Assembly (NCBI GenBank): GCA_019752015.1
Contig: JAIEMQ010000015.1
Span: 140,205-204,204, forward strand
Direction: 5' to 3'
Length of the DNA stretch: 64,000 nt
DNA from: Cyanobacteriota bacterium
GTDB lineage: Bacteria > Acidobacteriota > Vicinamibacteria > Vicinamibacterales > UBA2999
The notes under the pieces were generated by a model, which saw only the letters and a list, made by a program, of their open reading frames with translations, had not been told where the DNA came from and made no database searches. The position numbers and the translations under genes were made by a program. Of this stretch, positions 8,979-20,280 are shown piece by piece (positions within the stretch are counted from its first letter, which is position 1; each line of letters opens with the position of its first letter).

Positions 8979-11519
8979 TTTTATGCGATCGATTTCGTCG
9001 CGCACGAGGCGCTCGGAGGTATCGGAGACGACCGAGCGAACGTTGTCGCGGATCAAGCGTTCGGAGGTTTCGGCCACCACGCCGGGCACGGTGTCGCGCA
9101 CCATTCGCTCCGAAGTGGCGGCGACGACGCCGGGCACGGTGTTACCAACGAGCCGCTCCGACGCTTCAGCAACCGCTCCAGGAACGGTATCGCGTACCAG
9201 CCGCTCGGAGGTCTGGGTGACGATCGCGGGCGTGGCATCGCGCACCAGCCGCTCGGACGTTTCAGCAACGACGGCGGGGACGACTTCACGCACCATGCGC
9301 TCGGACGTTTCAGCGACCACCATGTTGACCGTGTCGGAGACGACGATCGCCACGGTATCGCGAACCAGCCTCTCGGACGTTTCCGAGACGACCGCGGGCA
9401 TGGTTTCGCGGATCAGGCGCTCGGACGCTTCCGCCACGGCCGACGACACGGCGTCTCGCACCAGCCGCTCGGACGTCGCGGGGACGTTGGTTCGCACCGC
9501 ATCGCCGACCAACCGCTCGGAGGCTTCGTGGACGATCGACTGGACACTGTCGCGAATCAGACGCTCGGATGCCTCGGGCACCACCGATTGCACGCTGTCG
9601 CGGATCAGCCGCTCGGACGCTTCAGGAACAATCGCCTGGATGCTGTCGCGGATCATTCGCTCCGATGTTTCGGGCACGACGAATTGAACGGTGTCGCGAA
9701 TCAACCGCTCGGACGCCTCCGGCACGACCGTCTGAATCTTGTCGAGAATCAGCCGTTCTGAGGCTTCGGGCACGACGGTCTGAACCGAATCGCGGATCAA
9801 CCGCTCCGATGTTTCCGGCACGATCGACTGGACGCTGTCGCGGACCAGCCGCTCCGACGTTTCCGCGACGACGCCCGGCACCGTCTCGCGCACGACGCGT
9901 TCGGACGTTTCGGCGGCGACCCCCGGAACGGTGTCACGCACCACGCGCTCGGAGGCTTCGGCGACGACGCCAGGCACCGTGTCGCGGATCACCCGCTCTG
10001 ACGTTTCGGCGACGACACCCGGAACCGCATCGCGAATCAAACGCTCCGACGTTTCGGCGACGACCGTGCGAACCGTCTCGCGCATTGTCGTCGTCATCGC
10101 GTCCTTGAGGATTGCGCCAAACGTGCTCGCGTTCAGCCGATCGGCCACACGCGTGGCGATCTGATCGAGCATGGCGTCGGTGATCTTCGGCTCGACGATC
10201 CTGATCTCCGGCGGCGGCGGTGCCGGCGGATGCGCGCGCTCGCCACGCTCGAATGCCAGCAATGCATCGAAGTCGTCGGCGACCCTGGTCTCGACGGGCG
10301 GCGCCGGCGGCGCAGCGGTCACGCGCCTGATCGGCGCAACGGTCACGGGCGGCACAATCGGCGCCACCGGTTTTGGCGGAGCGGCAACGGGCGGCGGCGC
10401 GACCGGCGCGCGTTTCGGCAGCTCGGTTTTCACCGGCGCGGGCGCGGGCGGAAGTGGCGCGGGCGGTGCCGGCGGCGCCTGCGCCGCGGCGGCCTTGATG
10501 TCCTCGAGGCCGAAATCGAAATCGCGATCGGTGGCCGCCGGCGCGATCGGTTCCGATTCAGGAAGCTCGACCTCGTGGATGCCCATTTCCTTCGCGAGCT
10601 GCGCCTGCTCGACCTGTCTCGCCGCGCGAGCCTTGTCGTCTTCCGCAAACCACTCGTCGTCGACTTCGAAGACGCCGCTGGTCGGCGGTTTCGGTGGCGC
10701 CGGCGGCGGCTGAATTTCCGGATCGCTCAGGTCTTCGGCAATCTCGCGGCGGCCGGCTTTGGCTTCCGCGCGCGCCTGGCTCTCGGCCGTGCCGAACCAG
10801 TCGTCATCGACTTCGAAGACGGGATTGCCGGTGGCGCTGCTCGCCGTCGGTGGCGTGCGTCCCGGCGATCGCGGATCGATGGCGCCCCCTGCCTGCCCGA
10901 TGGGTCCGGAAGGATTGCGATTGGGCTTGGACGCAGGCGTCCGGCCCGAGAGCTGTTGATCGAGGGAATCAAACGCCTCGTCGAGCGTATCGAGATAGTC
11001 GGCAGGCTTCGGCGCGGACTCTTCGACGGAGGACACCGGCGCGGGCCGCGCGGACGTGGCTGGGCGCGCTGGCGCGGCCGCGGGGAGCTTCCTCTCCGCG
11101 GGACCGTCCACTGGCGTCACCGGACGGCCGGCCGAAGCCGGTTTCTCGTCGGATTTCATGCCCAGCAGTTCTTTCACCCGGCTTCTCACCACCGTCGGCT
11201 CGACCGGCTTCTCGAGCACGCCGTTCGCGCCGCTCGAGGCCAGACGCGCCTCGTCCACCGTCTCGAACGCGCCGGTCAGCAGCAGCACCGGCACCCGCCG
11301 CAACTCCGCCTTGCCGCGCATGAACTTGGCGAGGTCGTAGCCGCTAATCTGCGGCAACGTCGTGCCCGCGAGCACGATGTCGGGTTGATGCGCCGCCATC
11401 TTCTCCATCGCCTGCTGTCCGTCGCCGACGGAGATGACCTTGATCGGCGTTTCAGCGAACGTCAACGCAATCACCCGCTGGACTGTGATGCTGTCGTCCG
11501 CCAGGAGAAGGGTGCGCAT
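8961..11519 (-). CDS. receiver (CheY-like) domain protein with a Pro-rich linker and about 22 C-terminal 16-residue repeats
   Basis: N-terminus MRTLLLADDS...LLLTG...EKP has the REC pattern. The C-terminal 364 aa are E[TA]SER[LVM][IV]RD[TS]V..[VI]V. units. Confidence 0.85.
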   Translation of the reverse strand: MRTLLLADDSITVQRVIALTFAETPIKVISVGDGQQAMEKMAAHQPDIVLAGTTLPQISGYDLAKFMRGKAELRRVPVLLLTGAFETVDEARLASSGANGVLEKPVEPTVVRSRVKELLGMKSDEKPASAGRPVTPVDGPAERKLPAAAPARPATSARPAPVSSVEESAPKPADYLDTLDEAFDSLDQQLSGRTPASKPNRNPSGPIGQAGGAIDPRSPGRTPPTASSATGNPVFEVDDDWFGTAESQARAEAKAGRREIAEDLSDPEIQPPPAPPKPPTSGVFEVDDEWFAEDDKARAARQVEQAQLAKEMGIHEVELPESEPIAPAATDRDFDFGLEDIKAAAAQAPPAPPAPLPPAPAPVKTELPKRAPVAPPPVAAPPKPVAPIVPPVTVAPIRRVTAAPPAPPVETRVADDFDALLAFERGERAHPPAPPPPEIRIVEPKITDAMLDQIATRVADRLNASTFGAILKDAMTTTMRETVRTVVAETSERLIRDAVPGVVAETSERVIRDTVPGVVAEASERVVRDTVPGVAAETSERVVRETVPGVVAETSERLVRDSVQSIVPETSERLIRDSVQTVVPEASERLILDKIQTVVPEASERLIRDTVQFVVPETSERMIRDSIQAIVPEASERLIRDSVQSVVPEASERLIRDSVQSIVHEASERLVGDAVRTNVPATSERLVRDAVSSAVAEASERLIRETMPAVVSETSERLVRDTVAIVVSDTVNMVVAETSERMVREVVPAVVAETSERLVRDATPAIVTQTSERLVRDTVPGAVAEASERLVGNTVPGVVAATSERMVRDTVPGVVAETSERLIRDNVRSVVSDTSERLVRDEIDRIKQRHKA
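8964..10055 (-). repeat. in-frame 48-nt tandem coding repeat (about 22 units)
   Basis: Units counted in the translated ORF. The same periodicity shows in antisense ORFs 8799..9761 and 8968..9687. Confidence 0.9.
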
Positions 11520-11568
11520 GCGCCGGGCTACTTCCCCGTATCGGCCGGAAGAGTGTTGGGGAACACCC

Positions 11569-11973
11569 TCACACCCGGGCCCGGGCGTTGGCCGTAATGA
11601 AGTCGATGATTTGCTGCATGGGCGTGCCGGGGATGAAGATTCCCCGAATGCCTATCGCGTTCAGCTTGGGAATGTCGATGTCGGGGATGATGCCGCCGAT
11701 GACCACCTGCACGTCGTCGAGGCCTTTCTCCTTGAGGAGCTCCATGACTCGCGGGCAGATGTGCATGTGAGCGCCGGACAGGATCGAAAGACCGATCACA
11801 TCGGCGTCTTCCTGGAGCGTTGCCGCGACGATCATTTCCGGCGTCTGCCGGAGGCCGGTGTAAATCACTTCCATGCCCGCGTCACGCAGCGCACGCGCGA
11901 TCACTTTCGCGCCGCGATCGTGGCCATCGAGGCCGGGCTTGGCGATAACTACTCGTATCTTTTGACTCATCAA
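11569..11973 (-). CDS. methylmalonyl-CoA mutase family, cobalamin-binding small subunit
   Basis: [18 protein letters not shown]...[15 protein letters not shown]12-binding motif (DxHxxG). Confidence 0.9.
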   Translation of the reverse strand: MMSQKIRVVIAKPGLDGHDRGAKVIARALRDAGMEVIYTGLRQTPEMIVAATLQEDADVIGLSILSGAHMHICPRVMELLKEKGLDDVQVVIGGIIPDIDIPKLNAIGIRGIFIPGTPMQQIIDFITANARARV

Positions 11974-12001
11974 ATCAACAGCTCACCAGATCAACAGATC
12001 A

Positions 12002-13681
<1,680 letters not shown>

Positions 13682-13922
13682 ATCGCCTCTAATTATAAGA
13701 CCCGCCTACGCTTTCCACATTTCCAAAGCTTCGGCCAGGCAGGCTCCCTCCGCTTTCCGTCCGCGGCGCCGCGTCATTCGATGTTCCCAGAACGATACCA
13801 AAAAGTCATGAAACGGATAGGAAATTGACATTGGCTACCGAAGCCGATTACTTTTGAATGTTTGCCCTTGCCGCCACCAGGGCCGCAGAAGGCACAGAAA
13901 TCTCTTTGACGTCGAGGACTTG

Positions 13923-15173
13923 ATGGCCGCACACGGTACGCTGTTCAGCGGGATGCTCCAGGAATTCGAGGGAGCCGCCCGCATTCTCAATCTCGAGCCG
14001 GGCATCTGGCAGATGCTCACTCACCCCAAGCGCCAGATCATCGTCTCCTGCCCGGTGCAGATGGACAACGGCAACATCGAGGTCTTCACCGGCTACCGCG
14101 TGCAATACAACATCACGCTCGGCCCCGCGAAAGGCGGCATCCGCTATCACCCCGATGTCACGCTCGATGAAGTGACGACGCTCGCGGCGTGGATGACGTG
14201 GAAGTGCGCGGTCGCGCAGCTGCCGTTCGGCGGCGGCAAGGGCGGCGTGATTTGCGATCCGACGAAGATGTCGAAGCGCGAGCTCGAAGCGCTGACGCGG
14301 CGCTACACGGCGGAGATCATCGACGCGATCGGCCCCGACAAGGACGTGCCGGCTCCCGACGTCAACACCAACGAGCAGGTCATGGCGTGGTTTTCCGACA
14401 CCTACTCGATGCACGTCGGCCACACCTCGACCGCGGTCGTGACCGGCAAGCCGGTTGAGATGGGCGGCTCGCTCGGCCGGCGCGAGGCGACGGGCCGCGG
14501 CGTCATGATCTGCGCGCGCGAGGCCGCGAAGCATCTCGGCTTCGGTCTGAAAGGCTCGCGCGTCGCAGTGCAGGGCTTCGGCAACGTCGGTTCGATCGGC
14601 GCGCAGCTGATGGCGGACCAGGGCGCGAAGATCATCGGCGTGACCGACTGGAAGGGCGGCGTCCAGAACGACAAGGGCCTCGACATTCCGAAACTGCAGG
14701 AGTGGGTCGCGAAGAACAAGACCGTCGCCGGCTTCGCGGGTGGCGAGCCGCTCGGCGCGAAGGACGTCTTCAAGCTGGACGCGAACATCCTCGTCCCCGC
14801 TGCGCTCGAAAAGCAGATCACTGCTGAAAACGTCAAGGACATCAAGGCCAAGCTGATCGTCGAAGGCGCCAACGGTCCGACCACGCCGGAGGCGCAAAAG
14901 GTGCTGAACGAACGCGGCGTGTTCGTGGTGCCGGACATTCTCGGCAACGCCGGCGGCGTCACCACCTCATATTTCGAGTGGGTGCAGGACCGTCACGGAT
15001 ACTTCTGGACCGAGAAGGAAGTGAACGAGCGGCTGGAAGCGAAGATGTGCCTGGCGTTCAACGCCGTGCTCGAGACGGCGCTGAAGTACAACGTCGACAT
15101 GCGCGTCGCGGCTTACATCGTCGCGATCAATCGCGTCGCGACTGTTACCAAGTTACGCGGTATGTACGCTTAG
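13923..15173 (+). CDS. gdh: Glu/Leu/Phe/Val dehydrogenase (glutamate dehydrogenase)
   Basis: GPAKGGIRYHP, LPFGGGKGGV, GFGNVG Rossmann motif. ATG 13923 is preferred over the listed 13854. Confidence 0.9.
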   Translation: MAAHGTLFSGMLQEFEGAARILNLEPGIWQMLTHPKRQIIVSCPVQMDNGNIEVFTGYRVQYNITLGPAKGGIRYHPDVTLDEVTTLAAWMTWKCAVAQLPFGGGKGGVICDPTKMSKRELEALTRRYTAEIIDAIGPDKDVPAPDVNTNEQVMAWFSDTYSMHVGHTSTAVVTGKPVEMGGSLGRREATGRGVMICAREAAKHLGFGLKGSRVAVQGFGNVGSIGAQLMADQGAKIIGVTDWKGGVQNDKGLDIPKLQEWVAKNKTVAGFAGGEPLGAKDVFKLDANILVPAALEKQITAENVKDIKAKLIVEGANGPTTPEAQKVLNERGVFVVPDILGNAGGVTTSYFEWVQDRHGYFWTEKEVNERLEAKMCLAFNAVLETALKYNVDMRVAAYIVAINRVATVTKLRGMYA

Positions 15174-15177
15174 TGGA

Positions 15178-15279
15178 CAAACATACACAGAAACACGGAA
15201 GCACAGAAACACGGAAATCTTTTTTGGAAAAACCAGGAGGCTTCGGTGCTTCAGTGTTTCCGTGCTTCTGTGTATGTTT
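15178..15279. terminator. long imperfect hairpin between convergent gdh and the VWA gene
   Basis: caaacatacacagaaacacggaagcacagaaacacggaaa pairs with gtgcttcagtgtttccgtgcttctgtgtatgttt. T6/A5 in the loop region. Confidence 0.7.
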
Positions 15280-17376
15280 TTAGCTGCCCAAACGAAATGC
15301 TATGAGCTCAGACACCGGCTTCTGTCCCTCACTCGTGCCGGTGATTTCCAGTAGATATTGACCGGCTGCAAGATTCGCCAGCGGGAGATCGATGGCATAC
15401 GTCTGCCCTTCTGTGGGCGCGGTGACGGAGACGTCCGTCATCTTCGTGCCCTGCTGATTCAACAGCTGCGCGGTGACTTTCGTTGGTGCGTCGGCGGGCG
15501 CGTAGGCGTCGAGACGGACCAGCAATCGATCGGTGCGGCGGAATTCGCGAACCGCGGTGGGCGCCGGCGGCGTCCCCGTGGTGATCTGCGTGAACTCGCG
15601 CGCGTTGCGCGCGAACCAGACTTTCGGCGTGCTCAGGATCACTTCCGGCGCGGAAAGATCCGGAATCACAAGCGCGCGATCTTCGCTGTCCAGCGTGCCC
15701 GTGCCGTCGCCCTCGATCGTCAGCCGCAGATCGAGCTTTCCTGGCGGCGCCTGGAAGCGCACGATCCCGCCGTTGCCCGGCGTCGCTAATTCCGCCGGCA
15801 CTTTGCCGCGATAGATGATGTCGCCGGACGACGACGTTGCGAGCACGGTGACCCGGCGCGGCTCGTCGCGCTTGACGCCCGGCGCCGGCGGCAGCGGTTC
15901 CCACAACAACGTGACGCGCGTCCGGCCGTCGGCGCCCTTGTCGTTGCCGATCCACGTGCGGATGTAACGGTGATTGGTCATCGGCGCGATGGCCGCGAGC
16001 GCCTGCGTGACTGCCGCGGGGGGTCCGGTTTTGGCGCTGACCTCGGTGGCCCGCTTCAGGTCGTCGGCCGAGTAGGCCCAATACCCCTGTCGATGCCGGA
16101 CCTGCACGCCCGGCCGCTTGACGCGGACGCGGATCGCGTGGAACTTGCCATCGGTCGGCGCCTGCGTCGAGTTGTAGCCAACCAGGTAGTAGGCGCTCGA
16201 ATCGCGGATGATCTGCTTCATGCCGGCGGCGAGATCGTTGCGATTCACGATCGCGCGGCCGTCGGTGTTGTCGGCAAGCTCGCGCAGCGTATCGAGCGAG
16301 GCGTTGAGATAGGCCTGGCTGGTCCGCTGCGAGATGTTCGCGGTGATGTCGAATCCGCCGGTGGCGAGGCCGCGCGGATCGACCGCGTAGATCGCGGTGT
16401 TGTTGCGGTTGCAGGCGTCCCACACGTCGCGCAGTTCGCGCTGCATGTCCATGCCGGCCGAGAACTGGACGCGATCCTCCATGACGTTGTTCTCGGCCGC
16501 GAAGGGATCGCGCGTGCCACCGCCGACGCCTGAGGTGCCGGCCAGACCGCCGGGCAGATTGCTCCGCATCTGCGGCGGCAGCGTCGCGTTGAAGCCCTCG
16601 CTCAGCAGAATCAGCGACTTGCGTCCTTCACGCAGCGAACCGAGCTTGGTGCACAACCCGCGAATCGCGCCGAGCGTGACCTGCCGGCGGATAATTTCGA
16701 TCGCGTCGGGCGTGAGCCGCATCACATAACGGTTCTCAATCGCGTTGACCGGCTCGTAGCGATACTTGCGTCCTTCGAATTTCTCGACGGCGTTGATGAT
16801 CCCCTGGTGATTGCGCGTCAGCACGGCGGCGTCGACCGGGGTCAGCGGATACATCACGGTCGCCAGATCGCCGGGCGCCAGCTGATTGGCAATGAAATCC
16901 ATCACCGGCTTCTTCATCGACATGCTGCTCTCGCGCAGCACGTGATAGTCGTCGAGGAAAAACGCGAAGATGCGGGAGTTTTCGTCGGCCGCGGCGGTCT
17001 CTTCGTCGTTGCGCGTGCGAATGCCGCGCTGCGTGTACGCCGGCTGCACCGCCGTATCAATCTTCACGAGCCGGAAGGTCTCCGCCTTCTGCGGCTTGCC
17101 GTCTTCCTGGATCTCGAAATCTTCGAGCTTCAGATCGGTAACGGGGTTGCCCTGCTTGTCGGTCACGATCACGTCGACGCGGACGGTGTTGATTCCGGTG
17201 CGGAAGACCGGCTGCTGATCGGGCGATGCGGGCGGTTGCTGGCCCGCCGTAGCCTCGGCGGAGGCGGGAGCGGGCGTTTGCGGCGGCGGAGTTGGCTGCT
17301 GGGCAAAGAGACCCGCGCCGGCCACGAGTGCCGCGATTAGTCCTGCACCGAATACACGAGTCAGCGTGGTACGCAT
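15280..17376 (-). CDS. VWA domain-containing protein with VWFA-related acidobacterial-type N-terminal module
   Basis: Signal peptide MRTTLTRVFGAGLIAALVAG, then FRTGINTVRVDVIVTDKQGNPVTDLKLEDFEIQEDGKPQK. The listed ORF to 17637 overlaps the divergent ACAD gene, so 17376 (or 17397) was chosen. Confidence 0.85.
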   Translation of the reverse strand: MRTTLTRVFGAGLIAALVAGAGLFAQQPTPPPQTPAPASAEATAGQQPPASPDQQPVFRTGINTVRVDVIVTDKQGNPVTDLKLEDFEIQEDGKPQKAETFRLVKIDTAVQPAYTQRGIRTRNDEETAAADENSRIFAFFLDDYHVLRESSMSMKKPVMDFIANQLAPGDLATVMYPLTPVDAAVLTRNHQGIINAVEKFEGRKYRYEPVNAIENRYVMRLTPDAIEIIRRQVTLGAIRGLCTKLGSLREGRKSLILLSEGFNATLPPQMRSNLPGGLAGTSGVGGGTRDPFAAENNVMEDRVQFSAGMDMQRELRDVWDACNRNNTAIYAVDPRGLATGGFDITANISQRTSQAYLNASLDTLRELADNTDGRAIVNRNDLAAGMKQIIRDSSAYYLVGYNSTQAPTDGKFHAIRVRVKRPGVQVRHRQGYWAYSADDLKRATEVSAKTGPPAAVTQALAAIAPMTNHRYIRTWIGNDKGADGRTRVTLLWEPLPPAPGVKRDEPRRVTVLATSSSGDIIYRGKVPAELATPGNGGIVRFQAPPGKLDLRLTIEGDGTGTLDSEDRALVIPDLSAPEVILSTPKVWFARNAREFTQITTGTPPAPTAVREFRRTDRLLVRLDAYAPADAPTKVTAQLLNQQGTKMTDVSVTAPTEGQTYAIDLPLANLAAGQYLLEITGTSEGQKPVSELIAFRLGS

Positions 17377-17406
17377 CGCCAAGGCCGATGATAACATTTG
17401 GACTTT

Positions 17407-18585
17407 ATGAGTCAGGTTTTGGCCGCCATGCCCGCGCTGACGCGGCTGGCTGAAGACGAAGCGATTTTCCGCGACAGCGTGTACGAGTTCGCCGACCGCG
17501 AAATCCGTCCGCTGGCGCGCGAAATGGACGAGCACGCCAAGTTTTCGCCGGAACTGATCAAAAAGCTGTTCGAGCTCGGCGTGATGAGCGTCGAAGTGCC
17601 GGAAAGCTACGGCGGCGCGGGCGGCACGTTCTTCCATTCGGTGCTGGCGGTCGAGTCGCTGTCACGCGTCGATCCGTCGATCGGCGTGCTCGTCGACGTC
17701 CAGAACACGCTCGTCATCAATGCGGTGATGCGCTGGGGCACCGACGAGATCAAGCGCAAGTACCTGCCGAAGTTCGCGACCAGCCTGATCGGCGCCTACT
17801 GCCTGTCCGAAGCGGGATCGGGCAGCGACGCGTTTGCAATGGCGACGCGCGCCACCGAAGTAAACGATGCTGTGAAGGGCGACGGCTTCGCCATCAACGG
17901 CCGCAAGCTGTGGATCACCAACGGCAACGAAGCGGACATGTTCATCGTGTTCGCGAACGTCAATCCCGATGCGGGCTACCGCGGCATCACGGCGTTCATC
18001 GTGGACCGCGGCACGCCGGGGTTCACGGTCGGCAAGAAAGAGGACAAGCTCGGCATCCGCGCCAGCAGCACGTGCGAGTTGATCTTCGAAGACTGCGTGG
18101 TGCCGAAGTCGCAGATCCTCGGCGAAGTCGGCAAGGGCTACAAGGTGGCGATCGAGACGCTGAACGAGGGCCGCATCGGCATTGGCGCGCAGATGCTCGG
18201 CCTCGCCCAGGGCGCGCTCGATCACACGATCGGCTACATCAAGGAGCGCAAGCAGTTCGGCAAGCCGATCGCCGATTTCCAGGGCGTGCAGTTCCAGATC
18301 GCGCGCATGGCGATGGACGTCGAAACCACCCGCCTGCTCGTTTACAACAGCGCGCGCCTGCGCGACGCCGGCCAGCCGTTCCTCACGGAAGCGGCGATGT
18401 GCAAGATCCACTCGTCGGAAGTCGCCGAGCGGGTCGCGTCGATGGCGATCAATCTCTACGGCGGCAATGGATTCGTGAAGGAATACCCCGTCGAGAAGCT
18501 GTATCGCGATGCCAAGATCGGTCAGATCTACGAAGGCACGTCGAACATGCAGCTTATGACGATCGCCAAGGGGATCCTCAGCTAG
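17407..18585 (+). CDS. acyl-CoA dehydrogenase (short/branched-chain type)
   Basis: Full-length ACAD pattern: CLSEAGSGSDA, ITNG, QIYEGTSNMQ. Confidence 0.92.
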   Translation: MSQVLAAMPALTRLAEDEAIFRDSVYEFADREIRPLAREMDEHAKFSPELIKKLFELGVMSVEVPESYGGAGGTFFHSVLAVESLSRVDPSIGVLVDVQNTLVINAVMRWGTDEIKRKYLPKFATSLIGAYCLSEAGSGSDAFAMATRATEVNDAVKGDGFAINGRKLWITNGNEADMFIVFANVNPDAGYRGITAFIVDRGTPGFTVGKKEDKLGIRASSTCELIFEDCVVPKSQILGEVGKGYKVAIETLNEGRIGIGAQMLGLAQGALDHTIGYIKERKQFGKPIADFQGVQFQIARMAMDVETTRLLVYNSARLRDAGQPFLTEAAMCKIHSSEVAERVASMAINLYGGNGFVKEYPVEKLYRDAKIGQIYEGTSNMQLMTIAKGILS

Positions 18586-18599
18586 TGCTCAAAGGGCTC

Positions 18600-19250
18600 A
18601 TGGCGGCACTGCTGTTGATGGCAGCACCCGTATCCGCTCAGCCCGCAATCGAATCCGTCAAGACCGAGCTCCGGGCCTTCATCACCGAGCTCAACGCGGC
18701 GCTCGCCGCGCGCGATCGAGAGGCGATCGAACGGCTTTACGCCGCCGAATTCCTCTACATCCACACCAACGGTCCACCGACCGATCGCGCAGCGCATATT
18801 GCCGAAACAATGGCCACGAAACCGCGCGGCGCCATGCCGATTCCCTCGCTCGACAACCTCATCGTCGTCGGCGACGTCGCGATCCTTCGAGATCGCGTTG
18901 CGGATCGCTTCGGCACAACGATTTACGCGAAGCGCAATGGAAGATGGCAGGTGCTGCAGCTGCAAGGGACGGCGCTGCCGTCGACGATTCCGGCGGCGGC
19001 GGTCTCGCCCGAGCTCCTCGCCAAATATGCGGGCCGGTATCAGCAGGACAACGACCTGGTCGTCATCTTCACAGTCGAGGGCGCTAACCTGAATCTACAG
19101 GTGGAAGGGCGGCAGAAGTTCGTGCTGACGACCGTATCGGCGACGGAGTTCGCGATGCCTGGCGACACCGCGCGGATTCGATTTGCGCCCGACGGCAGCT
19201 ACGAGTTCCATCGCGCCAATCAGCCGATCCGTAAAGGCAAGAAGCAGTAG
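18600..19250 (+). CDS. secreted hypothetical protein (NTF2/SnoaL-like N-terminal half)
   Basis: Signal peptide MAALLLMAAPVSAQP. The listed ORF 17910..19250 is a read-through shadow of the ACAD region. ATG 18600 (or GTG 18585). Confidence 0.65.
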   Translation: MAALLLMAAPVSAQPAIESVKTELRAFITELNAALAARDREAIERLYAAEFLYIHTNGPPTDRAAHIAETMATKPRGAMPIPSLDNLIVVGDVAILRDRVADRFGTTIYAKRNGRWQVLQLQGTALPSTIPAAAVSPELLAKYAGRYQQDNDLVVIFTVEGANLNLQVEGRQKFVLTTVSATEFAMPGDTARIRFAPDGSYEFHRANQPIRKGKKQ

Positions 19251-19262
19251 CTTCGCGCGGAG

Positions 19263-19567
19263 CGCACTCACTCCGGAGGGCTGTCAACTCGCTGCTCGCG
19301 TCTTCCTGCGCTGCACAGCTTGCGGCGAGTTTGTCAGTGATGACTCCGTCGCTCGGTTAGCCGGTCATCGTTCGACTCCGCTCTCGCTCCAGACGCCTGT
19401 CAACTCGCCGCTCGCGCCTGACTTCGCAGCGCGGCTCGCAGCGAGGTTGTCGGTAAAAAACCTGTCCGGCGGGCGCCCCGGATTGCCTTCAGTCATCATC
19501 TAGCTGCTCAGGCTTCCGCCCGCCTCTCGGCGACTTCCGCTCGAGCTCCGTCCAACGATGACCGGCC
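19263..19567. repeat. left arm of a large inverted repeat (composite of hairpin units)
   Basis: 19263..19303 is the exact reverse complement of 20430..20470. Similarity continues with one extra internal unit in this arm. Confidence 0.85.
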
Positions 19568-19640
19568 TTCTCGCTCTTCCCCATCGAGCGCCACCATCGA
19601 TAACGCTAATACCCGTTTATTGGTAGACTTATGGCCTGTC

Positions 19641-20255
19641 ATGACCTTCGATTTCACGGCCGAACAAAAGCTTCTGATCTCGACCGCCAAGAATGTGGCG
19701 GCACTGCCGCAAAAAGCGGCCGACGCGGTGCTCGTAATCGAAGAGCGTGCCAGCGCGAATCCCGCCGAAGCCGCACGGTTCGGATTCGAGGGTGTCGGCG
19801 GGAGATCGAACGCAACTGCTGCGATGCTCCCGGGGCTTGAAGGAAGCGAATCGGCCCTAGCATCGATTCCCGAAGACAACCGTATTCTCGCGCGGCTCAT
19901 TGCAGCGGCCGTGGCACTCGGCGTCGGACGCGCAGCGATCAATCACGCCGTGGCGGCGATGAAGAAGTTGGAAGTGAAACCGGGTCCCGAGACCACGGTG
20001 CCGCATTGGGCGCTGGCGGATGGCGCAACCGATGTCCAGGCCGCGAGACTGCTGACGTATTCCGCGGCGCAGTCATTCGATCGCGGCGAGCAGACAACGG
20101 ATCTCATCGCTCGCGCGCTCGAGTTCGCATCGCACGCCGCGCAACGTGCCGTCGACGCCGCGATTCGCGTGGAAGGTACGGCCGGTTACACACGCAACGG
20201 TCTGCTCGAGCGTCTCTCCCGTGACGCCCGAACACTGCAAGTCATTCTTCGCTAA
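19641..20255 (+). CDS. truncated acyl-CoA-dehydrogenase-like protein (N-terminal start motif plus C-terminal helical domain, middle domain missing)
   Basis: MTFDFTAEQKLL start and C-terminal ...GTAGYTRNGLLERLSRDA. Only about 204 aa versus about 390 for the neighbouring ACAD. Confidence 0.5.
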   Translation: MTFDFTAEQKLLISTAKNVAALPQKAADAVLVIEERASANPAEAARFGFEGVGGRSNATAAMLPGLEGSESALASIPEDNRILARLIAAAVALGVGRAAINHAVAAMKKLEVKPGPETTVPHWALADGATDVQAARLLTYSAAQSFDRGEQTTDLIARALEFASHAAQRAVDAAIRVEGTAGYTRNGLLERLSRDARTLQVILR

Positions 20256-20280
20256 CACGCGCTGGCGCCACAGCGCGAGA

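Noticed and set aside
8964-10055. Strict 48-nt periodicity that could suggest a CRISPR-like array
   Set aside because: The periodic units are contiguous with no unique spacers. They stay in one open reading frame and translate to a coherent 16-residue protein repeat. This is a coding tandem repeat.
17377-17406. A 30-nt spacer between the divergent VWA and ACAD starts, as an unusual shared promoter
   Set aside because: Both start codons are uncertain (alternatives at 17397 and 17398). The apparent tightness may be a start-assignment artefact.
17910-19250. 446-aa ORF spanning the ACAD 3' half and the next gene
   Set aside because: The first about 230 residues are an out-of-frame read of the ACAD gene. 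The real protein starts with the signal peptide at 18600 (or GTG 18585).
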